Shown: positions 53,869 to 62,124 of the stretch, in pieces
Layout: each line of letters opens with the position of its first letter
Numbering within the stretch: the stretch's first letter is position 1
The notes under the pieces: generated by a model
What the model saw: only the letters and a program-made list of their open reading frames with translations
Databases searched by the model: none
Told to the model about the DNA's origin: nothing
Assembly: GCA_044869955.1 (NCBI GenBank)
Contig: JBIOYC010000074.1
Coordinates: forward strand, 9,114-73,113
Source: Thermoanaerobaculia bacterium
GTDB taxonomy: Bacteria; Acidobacteriota; Thermoanaerobaculia; Multivoradales; SZUA-115
Reading direction: 5' to 3'
DNA length: 64,000 bases
Position numbers and translations under genes: made by a program

Positions 53869-56800
53869 CTACTTCAAGCGCAGGCGCTGCCAGCCCCCAT
53901 CCCCGCGCTGGCCGTTGGGGTTTTCGACGCGCACGTAATGCCAGTTCCAGTTGGCGGCGTCGAAGGCGAGGGCCGGGTCGAGAGGGACTTCCTGGAAGAG
54001 GAAGCCGTTGTCGGTGAAGGCGGCTGACACTGAAGGAGCGAAGGGACCCCCCAGGATCAGCCGCAGGTACTCGCGGGGGTCGAGCTCGGCGGCGGTCTCC
54101 CAGATCGGCCGGCCGGTGACAGGGTCGACGTCCCCGGTGGGATGGATCGGCAACGACATCGAGCGCAGTAGCACCTGCCCCGGCTGATTGGGCCGCTTGG
54201 TCAGGTCCGGTGGCGTGACGGCGGCGGGGTCGTCGTGGCTGAAGAGCACCAGCCTCGCCCCCGGTAAGATGCCGTTCGCGGCCACCCGTAAACGTCGCGG
54301 CGCCTCCCAACGAACCGCCGTGCCGAAAGCGCTCTCACCCGCCGGGGCGCTCGCTACCACGCCGGCCTGGAACAGGCGGACGGTGTGGGAGAAGAAGCCG
54401 CCGTGCTGGTTGTCGGCCGGATCCTGCCAGTTGAGGGTCATCTTCGGCACGGTGGCGTAGGCCGTGTTCGTGGCGATGGGCTGGAGCACCACGCCACTCG
54501 GGGCGCCCGGAGCGCTGGGTGAGGGTTGCCCGCTTGGCGCTGCCACTCGGCGCTCGCTGCCAAGCGGCGTCACCACCAACACCAGCCGATCGTTGGTCGA
54601 GCCCAGCAAGCTGGTCAGCTGGACGCGGGTCAGGCTCGCTCCCGGGGGCTCTTCGACAAAGAGGCTGGCACCTGGGTCGAACCAGAAGCCGCGGTCGGTG
54701 GCGCCCAGGTGGGCCTGCACGGCCAGCCCGTTGTTGGCCTTGCGCGTCTGGTCCTCGGCGAGGCCGAAGGCCGTGGTCGTCAGGGGATCGGCCAGGTTCG
54801 CCAGGTCCACGGTGTAGGCGATCCCCACCAGCGGGCCGACACCCCAGTCGAGCTCGTGGATGAACTGGTTGAGCTGTTGGAGGGTCGGGCAGAAGGGCAG
54901 GCCGGGCGGACAGAGAACGCCGCCGAAGAAATGACGGTCGAAGGCGTTGATCGTCGAGGTGCGGTTGAAGTCGGTGTTGGTCTGGAGGGGGTCCTTCAGG
55001 ATGAAGCCGGTGTGGAAGAGGCCCTCGAGCCCGGTGATCGGCGCGCCGTCCGGATCGACGGTGCCGGCGCGGGTCAGGCGAGCCTCCTTCTGGAACAGGC
55101 CGCGCAGGGCGGCCGTCTCGATCGGCTGGGTGGCGAGCTCCTCGGCATGATCGGCGGGATTGGTGCCGCCCACACGCTCGGTGATCTTGTTGTTGCTTCC
55201 CTCCGGCAAGGCATGACAGTGCGCGCAGGACATCAGCAGGTCGGACTGGATCAGGTGGTAGATGGTGAGGCCGGCCTGGGCGCCGGTGGGCAGGGGCGGC
55301 GGGAAGGTCTCGTCGACGAAGGGCTCGCCCGAGAACACCCGGCCCAGGGGCTGGCGGGGGTTGGGCGGATAGTTGACCGAGTTGATGAACTCCCGGAAGC
55401 CCTCCATCTCGTCGTCGGTGATCCCGGTTCCGGCGAGCAGGCTGACGAAGGCAGGCTTGAACTGGGTGAAGTCCTCGCGGTCGCCCCGCCAGTGGTAGGG
55501 GGCGTTGGTGAACAGGTCTTGGATCTCCGGCCCCACGTCGAAGTTGAGCAGTCCCTGGAGGGACTGCGTAACCATGTGCTCCTTGTCGGCCGGCCAGAAG
55601 CTCGGCATCAGCAGGCTGTCCTTGAGCTGGGGATCGATCGGCACCTGCACGCCGTCGCCCAGGTCCCAGGCGAGGCCGTCGGTGCGGCCGTCGATGTGGC
55701 AGCTCGAGCAGGAGTTGAAGCCGTTGCCGTGCTCGGCCGAGTAGAGGAAGGTGCGGCCAGCCTTGATGTGATCGGGAGTGGGGTCGTGCCGGAGGGCGAA
55801 CTGGCCGACCGAGGTCTCGGTCACCGGGTTGAGGATGGTCACCGAATTGTCGAGGCGATTGAGCACGTAGAGCCGCGGCCCGGGGTCGTTGGGGTTGCCG
55901 GCATCGGGCCCCTTGATCACCAGGCCGCGGGGCCCGGCGACCGGGCTCACGGAACCAGGGACCGGGGCCATGGCGATCCGCCGGAGGAGCCAGGAGTCGG
56001 CGGAGGAGGACCAGTCGGGCTCGATCACTCCGACCCGGTCGCTGCTCAGGGCGGTGAAGAACACCTTGAGCGGCCCGCTGGAGCCCCGGTAGGTGGCCAC
56101 TCCGGTGAGCTGGGCGAGGGCCTTGGTCTTGGGTACCGGCTGCATCGCCGGCAGCAGCGCCGCCTTGTGGGCCACGAAGCTGCCGAAGACCTCGGTGCCC
56201 GGCGCCACCAGAGGCTGGAGGGCGGGCTCGAGGTTGACGTCCCGGACCTTGAACGTGGGCGTGCCGGAGCACAGCCCACGCACCATCGTGAAGGTGCTCT
56301 TGACGAAGCCGGTCGGCGCGGCGGCCACCACCGCCTCGTCGCGCAAGGTGGTGTTCAAAGCCTCACCGCCGACGATGAAGAGGTCGTCTCCGGGCCCCCA
56401 GGTCATGTGGAAGTTGGCCGAATTGGGCAGGGCGAGGTCGGCGGCTGCACCGCCGGCCGTGGGCAGACTGTAGAGATCGAAGTCGAAGTGCTGCGTGTTG
56501 CCGCCCTTCTCGCCGAGCAGGAAGAGCTTGCCGCAGTGAACGTCGACGTCGCGGGGAGACTTGAGGGCGATGAGGTCGTTCTGCCCGTCCTGGTCGATGT
56601 CTCCCTTGGGCACGGTGGCATCGAAGAGGAACGCGCCCGGGATGATCGGCTGCAAGGTCAAGGCATCCCGCCAGCCGAGGGCGTCCTGGTCGCGATGCGC
56701 CAGGAAGAGGGAGTGACGCAGCACCGTGCCGCCAGCGCCGTCGTCCTCCTCGAAGGGATGGTAGGCGAGGGAGACCGGCTCGTCGCCCACCCAGTCGGTG

Positions 56801-57171
56801 CGCTCGACCGTCGCCACAACACCGGCCGTGTCGCCCGGGTCCAGGCGGATGATGGTCACCGAGTCTGACAGCGCGTTGGTGACGTAGAGCCGCGACAGCT
56901 GGGGCACCCAAAGCAGGGAGTTGGGCTCCAGGCCGGTGCGTACGCGAGCGATGAAGCGGGAGCCGATCGGTAGGGTCTCCTCGGTGTGGTAGAGCTCGAC
57001 CGAGTTGTCCGGGGTGTTGACCACCGCCAGGAACTGCCTGCCTCCGACCGAGACGATCGCCAGGGGATCGACCTGTACGGTCTCGGTGTTGAAGTAGTCG
57101 GTCCGGCCCTGGGCCAGCAAGGCCGGGGCCCAGAGCAGGGCGAAGAACCACAGCCAGCGCTTTGCTCTCAT
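53869..57171 (-). CDS. Large secreted protein: YVTN-type beta-propeller repeats fused to a di-heme cytochrome c peroxidase (CCP/MauG-like) domain
   Basis: Signal peptide. LYVTNALSDSVTI and LYVLNRLDNSVTIL are YVTN repeats. Two CxxCH heme sites (CSSCH, CAHCH). GGAGG SD. Confidence 0.7.
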   Translation of the reverse strand: MRAKRWLWFFALLWAPALLAQGRTDYFNTETVQVDPLAIVSVGGRQFLAVVNTPDNSVELYHTEETLPIGSRFIARVRTGLEPNSLLWVPQLSRLYVTNALSDSVTIIRLDPGDTAGVVATVERTDWVGDEPVSLAYHPFEEDDGAGGTVLRHSLFLAHRDQDALGWRDALTLQPIIPGAFLFDATVPKGDIDQDGQNDLIALKSPRDVDVHCGKLFLLGEKGGNTQHFDFDLYSLPTAGGAAADLALPNSANFHMTWGPGDDLFIVGGEALNTTLRDEAVVAAAPTGFVKSTFTMVRGLCSGTPTFKVRDVNLEPALQPLVAPGTEVFGSFVAHKAALLPAMQPVPKTKALAQLTGVATYRGSSGPLKVFFTALSSDRVGVIEPDWSSSADSWLLRRIAMAPVPGSVSPVAGPRGLVIKGPDAGNPNDPGPRLYVLNRLDNSVTILNPVTETSVGQFALRHDPTPDHIKAGRTFLYSAEHGNGFNSCSSCHIDGRTDGLAWDLGDGVQVPIDPQLKDSLLMPSFWPADKEHMVTQSLQGLLNFDVGPEIQDLFTNAPYHWRGDREDFTQFKPAFVSLLAGTGITDDEMEGFREFINSVNYPPNPRQPLGRVFSGEPFVDETFPPPLPTGAQAGLTIYHLIQSDLLMSCAHCHALPEGSNNKITERVGGTNPADHAEELATQPIETAALRGLFQKEARLTRAGTVDPDGAPITGLEGLFHTGFILKDPLQTNTDFNRTSTINAFDRHFFGGVLCPPGLPFCPTLQQLNQFIHELDWGVGPLVGIAYTVDLANLADPLTTTAFGLAEDQTRKANNGLAVQAHLGATDRGFWFDPGASLFVEEPPGASLTRVQLTSLLGSTNDRLVLVVTPLGSERRVAAPSGQPSPSAPGAPSGVVLQPIATNTAYATVPKMTLNWQDPADNQHGGFFSHTVRLFQAGVVASAPAGESAFGTAVRWEAPRRLRVAANGILPGARLVLFSHDDPAAVTPPDLTKRPNQPGQVLLRSMSLPIHPTGDVDPVTGRPIWETAAELDPREYLRLILGGPFAPSVSAAFTDNGFLFQEVPLDPALAFDAANWNWHYVRVENPNGQRGDGGWQRLRLK

Positions 57172-57272
57172 ACCTCCTCCTCACGGAGACCTCGGCTCGA
57201 AGGGGCGCCGGTCTCTCGTATCGAAGAAAGCGGATCTCTTGGAGTCGGGAGATAACGCCCTTCCCGGGCGCG

Positions 57273-57294
57273 CAAGGTGCCAGCCGAATTGCGG
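57273..57294 (+). repeat. Exact 22-nt repeat CAAGGTGCCAGCCGAATTGCGG, copy 2
   Basis: Identical to 52575-52596. It lies about 100 nt upstream of the cytochrome c peroxidase fusion gene start. Confidence 0.6.
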
Positions 57295-57304
57295 GACGAG
57301 GAGG

Positions 57305-57763
57305 TCAGCTGGGTGGAGAGGCCGCCTTCGTGGCGCCGGGCGGGCCGCCGTAGGTGGCGCGGACCCGCTCGGACGTGGCCAGGTAGGCGAGCCACACTCC
57401 ACAGAGGGCCATCGAGCCGAGGGCCAGGGGTCGCGGCTGCCCCGCCACCTGCCAGGCGTAGAGGGAGTTGGCGACCAAGACCGCCAGGCTGAGCGCCCAC
57501 CAGGTCCAGGCATGGGTCGGGGCATTCCGGTTCCTCGCCACCAGCAGAAGGCAGGCGACGGCGCCGTAGAGGCCCAGAGCGCCGCCGCCGAGGGCGAAGG
57601 CCCTCACCGCCGCGGGTTGACCGCCGTCGAAAGCGACCGGCGTGCCCATGACCGAGATGAACGACGTGATGGCCATCATCACGGTCATCAGGGCGAGCAG
57701 GCCCCGCACTCCGACGTAGGCGTTGTGGGGGCGGGAAGCCTCGGTCATGGGTGGGATCTCCAA
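57305..57763 (-). CDS. Small integral membrane protein (four predicted TM helices), hypothetical
   Basis: Hydrophobic segments and high GC3. It lies immediately downstream of the PrdB/GrdB-family gene on the same strand. Confidence 0.45.
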   Translation of the reverse strand: MEIPPMTEASRPHNAYVGVRGLLALMTVMMAITSFISVMGTPVAFDGGQPAAVRAFALGGGALGLYGAVACLLLVARNRNAPTHAWTWWALSLAVLVANSLYAWQVAGQPRPLALGSMALCGVWLAYLATSERVRATYGGPPGATKAASPPS

Positions 57764-57773
57764 GCGATCGGGA

Positions 57774-58517
57774 TCAGTCGAGGGTGTAGTCGGCGAGCAC
57801 CGGACCAGGGCCGGCGGCCGTCTCGAGCAGGGTGAGGGCGGCCTCGAGCACCCGGTGCTGGACGGCGGCGTCGCCGGGTGCGCCGAGGGCGTAGCCGTGT
57901 GGGAAGGGTACGGCCAGCGCCCGGGGCGGACGGGTCTTCTCGGCGATCATGCGCAGCAAGATGAGGGTCACGGTGGCGATGCCCCGGCGTTCCAGCTCGG
58001 CTGCGACCAGACTCACGGTCTGGTTGCACGTCGGTCACACGGGCACCAGCAGGGCGACGTCCACGCCGTCGGCGACGAAGCCCGCTGCGGCCTCCGGCGC
58101 CGACTCACCGATCAGGCGGCCGGGGGCGGTGATCGAGCCCATGAAGGAGAGGTGGCGGCTGTTGAGCTCGCCCAGCCGCCCGCTCGCCACCAGCTCGCGG
58201 GCGCGGTCGAGGGGCAGGGCGAGGTTGCGGTCGGCCGCCAGCCCGCTGTGATCGAAGGCGTCGCTCCTGTGGTTCTCGACCAGGCTTTGGAGAACGGCGT
58301 CGTGGGGGATCCAGCGATAGCTCCAGTCGCCGCCTTTGATCGTTTCGTCGAATCGAGGTTGGTCGGGCAGGGACAGCCCTCCCGAGGTCACCAGCCCGAG
58401 GCGGCCTTCGGCCAGGGGTCGGGGCAGGGGAGCCCAGGCTGGGGGGTCGATCCGTCGCCACGGGTAGGTCGTCAGGAAAACTCGGTACTTCCAGGGCATC
58501 TCGTCGAGGCGCGCCAT
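57774..58517 (-). CDS. PrdB/GrdB-family (glycine/sarcosine/betaine/D-proline reductase protein B) protein; candidate selenoprotein with an in-frame TGA (Sec) near 58036
   Basis: The track gives two same-frame ORFs (58035..58517 and 57774..58016) separated only by one TGA and six sense codons (PTCNQT). The readthrough product ...GVDVALLVPV-U-PTCNQTVSLVAAELERRGIATV... resembles the Sec motif region of PrdB/GrdB as I recall it. A hairpin lies 11 nt 3' of the TGA. Confidence 0.55.
58011..58028 (-). promoter_or_regulatory. SECIS-like stem-loop (CCAG(G)AC-CGUGA-GUCUGG) 11 nt downstream of the in-frame UGA
   Basis: A 6-bp stem with a 5-nt loop, possibly with one bulged G, read directly. Its position matches the bacterial SECIS spacing rule. 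Exact coordinates are ±1. Confidence 0.4.
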
Positions 58518-58843
58518 GGCGCGATACTACCGTCGCGCCCCCGCCTTCACGTCGCCCCTCGAGGCTGGCCCAGCCGTGTTCGACGCCCCCCGACCTCGCC
58601 TCGCCTCCCTGCCTGCTCTCTCGGCTCGGGCGGTCAGCAGCCTCCCGTGGCGACCGGATCATCGGAAAAACAGAATGCAATTTATGCTAGACATAGGCAA
58701 GATTGACATTTGATGCTCTCATGGCTATCATCACGCCAAGCTCAAGGTACTTTCCGGATCTTGCGGGGAGCACACCGCCCCAGACGCACCATCGCTCGCT
58801 CCGGGAGACTGGTCTCCCGAGACATCGCCAGGAGGTTGAAGCC

Positions 58844-59626
58844 ATGCTTCGTCGCTCGCTGCTCCTACTCCTCGGTCTCGTCTTGCTCGCCCCTTCACTT
58901 CTCGCCGCGGACCCGGTCGTCTTCAGTGGGGTCGACGCCTTCCGCACCGTGGCCAGCCGGACCTTCACGGACTTGGCCAACGACCCCATCCCGGCCGGCT
59001 TCTTCTGCCCGGGCTCGGCCCCGTTCGCAGGCAAGATCCAGCTCAAGGGCGTGCCGCTCGCGGTCGAGCCCGCCAACGCGCTCCGAGGGGCGGACACCCT
59101 CTTCCTCCGCCTGGATGATGCCGCCTTCAACGAAGAGGGCATCGCCCAGACCCGCCTCCAGATGCAGGCTCTCTCGCTCGCCAGCGTCAAGCCCATCCGC
59201 ACCAGCTGCGGTGCTTACCGGGTGCGCGTCACTCTGGCGGAAGGTGACCAGCCCATCTCGCCCAAGCACCACATGACGATCGTGCGGGAGAGCGAGCGCG
59301 GTGGCTACTTCCTCTCCGAGTTCCAGATTCGCTACAAGCTGACCTTCGTGCCAGTGGCTGGTGGCCCGAACCTGGAGCTGGAGCGGACCTCCCGCTTCTC
59401 CGGCGGCGCCGACCACAAGTGGGCGTTCCTCAACGAGGATCAAGGCGCCTTCGCCGGCACCGTGAAGGTGGACACCAACGGCGATGGCAAGCCCGACACC
59501 AGCCTTGCCGGAGTCTCCAACTTTGCAGCGGGGCGCCAGGCCAGGCAGCTGCTTGGCGGTACCGGCACCAGCAGCTCCTTCCAAGAGCTCTCGACCGGCG
59601 ACTGTGCCACTCACGGCATCGAGTAG
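58844..59626 (+). CDS. Secreted hypothetical protein
   Basis: GGAGG SD 8 nt upstream. Signal peptide MLRRSLLLLLGLVLLAPSLLAA. The upstream 47 codons of the track ORF are rejected. Confidence 0.55.
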   Translation: MLRRSLLLLLGLVLLAPSLLAADPVVFSGVDAFRTVASRTFTDLANDPIPAGFFCPGSAPFAGKIQLKGVPLAVEPANALRGADTLFLRLDDAAFNEEGIAQTRLQMQALSLASVKPIRTSCGAYRVRVTLAEGDQPISPKHHMTIVRESERGGYFLSEFQIRYKLTFVPVAGGPNLELERTSRFSGGADHKWAFLNEDQGAFAGTVKVDTNGDGKPDTSLAGVSNFAAGRQARQLLGGTGTSSSFQELSTGDCATHGIE

Positions 59627-59683
59627 ATAGCTAGCTGCTGAAGGCCGCCTCCCCCGGAGCTGGCCTCCGGCGAGGCGGCCTCG

Positions 59684-62068
59684 CTAGCGGGCGAGGCGGC
59701 GCAGGGCCTCGTCCGCGTTGCGCCGGTAGGTCAGAGCGATCTCCTCCGCGCCGAGCCGTTGGGCTCGCTCGGAAGCTGCCAATGCGTAGTCGGCGGCTTG
59801 TCGGTGCTGCCCGGCGAGGCGGAAGTGATGGGCGAGCAGCTCGACGGGGCCCTCGACACCGCCGCCGCACCGGCTCTCGAGCGAATCGGCGACCTTCTTG
59901 TGCAGGAAGCGGACCCGCTCTTTCGGTAAGGACCGGTAGACCAGCGCGCGCAGGCTCGGGTGGGTGAATTCGAAGAGGGCGGTACGGGCTCCCTCGCCCG
60001 CCAGCGCCTTGAAGCGCTCCCGGCGGCTGTCCGCCCAGTAGCGAGGGAAAGGACGCACGAACCAGCGATCGGTCAGGATCTCGAGGGCGATCTCGACGAC
60101 CTCGCCGTGCTCTCCCTCGACCTCCTGGAGCACCTCCGGGGCGAAGACCTGCCCGACCACCGCCGCGAGCGAGAGCAGGCGACGAGAGGTGGGTGGGAGG
60201 CTCCGGAGGCGTTCACGGACGACCTCGTCGAGCGACAGCCCGGCGTAACGGTCGAGGTCCTTGGGATCGCCGGCGACCGACCATCTTCGATCAGCCAGCG
60301 GAGTCAGGAGCTGCTCGTCGGCGAGCAGGTTGACCAGCTCCGCGGCCTTGTGCGGGTGCCCTCCCGAGCCTTGGTGGAGCGCCGTCGCGAAGGCCGGGTG
60401 CCGTTCCCCCAGGAGGGTCTCGGCCACGTGCTCGAGGGACTCTCGGTCGAGGGCCCCGAGCTCGATCGACGAGACGCGCTGGCGCCCGACCTGGGCGCTG
60501 AGGCGGCGCAGGGGATGGCCCCGCGGTAGGGGCTCGGCCCGGTAGGTGCCGACGATCCAACAGGGCAGCTCGGCCACGGTCCGCGGCAGCAGCTCGAGCA
60601 GCTGGAGGGTGGCGGAGTCTGCGGCTTGGAGGTCGTCCAGGAAGAGGATCACGGGGCGCACCGGCCGGTCCTTGCCACCCCGCTGGCCCAGGGAGCCGAG
60701 CACCCGGGAGAGCGCCAGGGCCAACGTTTCGGGAAGGGCTTCGGGCCGTTCGCGCTCGAGGCGGGTCTGGAGCCGAGGGTCGACCGCCGCCAGCTCGGTG
60801 ACCAGCGGCGCCAGGATCTGCAAGGCCTTCTGTCCCGAGGCGACGAGGATCTGGTCGGCGGTGTCGGGATCCGTGGCGACGGCGTTTCCGAGGGCCTCGG
60901 CCAGGGGGCGATAGGGCACTGGCGGATCTCCCTCGAAGCCGGCGCCGAGCAGCACCGTGGCCGGAGTGCCGGAGGTGGCGCCATCGAGGAAGGTGCGCAC
61001 CAGACGAGTCTTGCCGATACCCGACGGGCCCTCGACCAAGGTCAGACGCCCGGCTCCCCGTTGCACGGCGCTCCAGGCTGCAGCGAGCTGCGCCATCGCC
61101 GCCTCGCGGCCGACGAAAGGCACCACGGGCCCCCTCGATTGCCCATCCCGGGCGGCGACCTGGGCGGGCAGCTCCTCGCTCTCGATCTGGCGGGCGAGGG
61201 CCTGGGTCTCCTCGGCAGGGTCCACGCCGAGGTCTCGTCGCAGGTGGCGCTGCAGCTCCTGGTAGTGGCCGAGAGCCCGGCTACGCCGGCCCGACAGGGC
61301 GTAGAGCTGCATCAGGTTCCGATGGGCTTCCTCCGCGAAGGAGTCGATCCTCAACAGCTGCCTCGCGCACTGCATGCCGACGGCATAGCTGCCGGTCTCC
61401 AGGTGATGGCCGACGAGTCGCCTCAGGGCGGCGAGAGCGTCCTCTTTGAGCCTCTCCTGCTCGGCCATCAGCCATTCCTCGAAGTCGGGGCTCTCGCGCA
61501 GATAGAAGCCGGCCAAGAGGTCGCCGCGATAGAGCTGCGCCGCGCGGGAGAGCTGGGCCGGCTCGATCGAGCCGTCTTCCCGCTGCCCTCGCGAGACCGC
61601 CTCGCCGAAGGCCCTGACGTCCACCCAGATGGTGCTGCCAGAAGCGAGGCCGAGGGTGCTGCGGGTCGCCTCGATGGGGATATCTCCGGCGTCCGCCAGG
61701 GCGAAGGCCCGACGCAGGCCGTAGAGGGCCTGCCGGAGATTGTGGCGGGCGGTGGTCTCCGTCACTTCGGGCCAGAGCAGGCTCGCCACCATCTCACGAT
61801 CGAGGACTCGATCCGGGTGGCAGGCGAGGTAGGCGATCAGCGCCCGAGCGATGGTCGAGTCGAGCGCCTCCATCACCGCCCCGCGGCAACGCAGCTCGAA
61901 GCCGCCGAGCAGGCGGATCTCGATCGACGCCGACCCGCCGGCCAGGAGAGGGGCGGAGCTCTGAGTGGAGGGCCGGTTCTTCAAGCGTTGTTTATATGGA
62001 CATGGATGGTGGCCTGGATGACGGACGATTGACGCTCGATGTCGAGAATACTCCCATCGAGCTGACAA
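59684..62068 (-). CDS. SARP/AfsR-family regulator (OmpR-type wHTH, BTAD, NB-ARC-like P-loop ATPase, C-terminal TPR)
   Basis: IEIRLLGGFELR wHTH, a BTAD block (LYRGDLLAGFYL), the P-loop GPSGIGKTRLV, and C-terminal helical repeats. The exact start is uncertain. Confidence 0.75.
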   Translation of the reverse strand: MSARWEYSRHRASIVRHPGHHPCPYKQRLKNRPSTQSSAPLLAGGSASIEIRLLGGFELRCRGAVMEALDSTIARALIAYLACHPDRVLDREMVASLLWPEVTETTARHNLRQALYGLRRAFALADAGDIPIEATRSTLGLASGSTIWVDVRAFGEAVSRGQREDGSIEPAQLSRAAQLYRGDLLAGFYLRESPDFEEWLMAEQERLKEDALAALRRLVGHHLETGSYAVGMQCARQLLRIDSFAEEAHRNLMQLYALSGRRSRALGHYQELQRHLRRDLGVDPAEETQALARQIESEELPAQVAARDGQSRGPVVPFVGREAAMAQLAAAWSAVQRGAGRLTLVEGPSGIGKTRLVRTFLDGATSGTPATVLLGAGFEGDPPVPYRPLAEALGNAVATDPDTADQILVASGQKALQILAPLVTELAAVDPRLQTRLERERPEALPETLALALSRVLGSLGQRGGKDRPVRPVILFLDDLQAADSATLQLLELLPRTVAELPCWIVGTYRAEPLPRGHPLRRLSAQVGRQRVSSIELGALDRESLEHVAETLLGERHPAFATALHQGSGGHPHKAAELVNLLADEQLLTPLADRRWSVAGDPKDLDRYAGLSLDEVVRERLRSLPPTSRRLLSLAAVVGQVFAPEVLQEVEGEHGEVVEIALEILTDRWFVRPFPRYWADSRRERFKALAGEGARTALFEFTHPSLRALVYRSLPKERVRFLHKKVADSLESRCGGGVEGPVELLAHHFRLAGQHRQAADYALAASERAQRLGAEEIALTYRRNADEALRRLAR

Positions 62069-62124
62069 TCCGGAGCGGGGGGAGGGGGTTTGGATCGGAT
62101 GAAACCGATGGAAGGATCGAACTC

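Noticed and set aside
58030-58085. My manual reading suggested a 1-nt frame discrepancy between the printed bases and the ORF-track coordinates around the putative Sec codon
   Set aside because: I cannot rule out my own miscount. The track's self-consistent coordinates (two same-frame ORFs separated by TGA) were used, with the caveat recorded in the finding.
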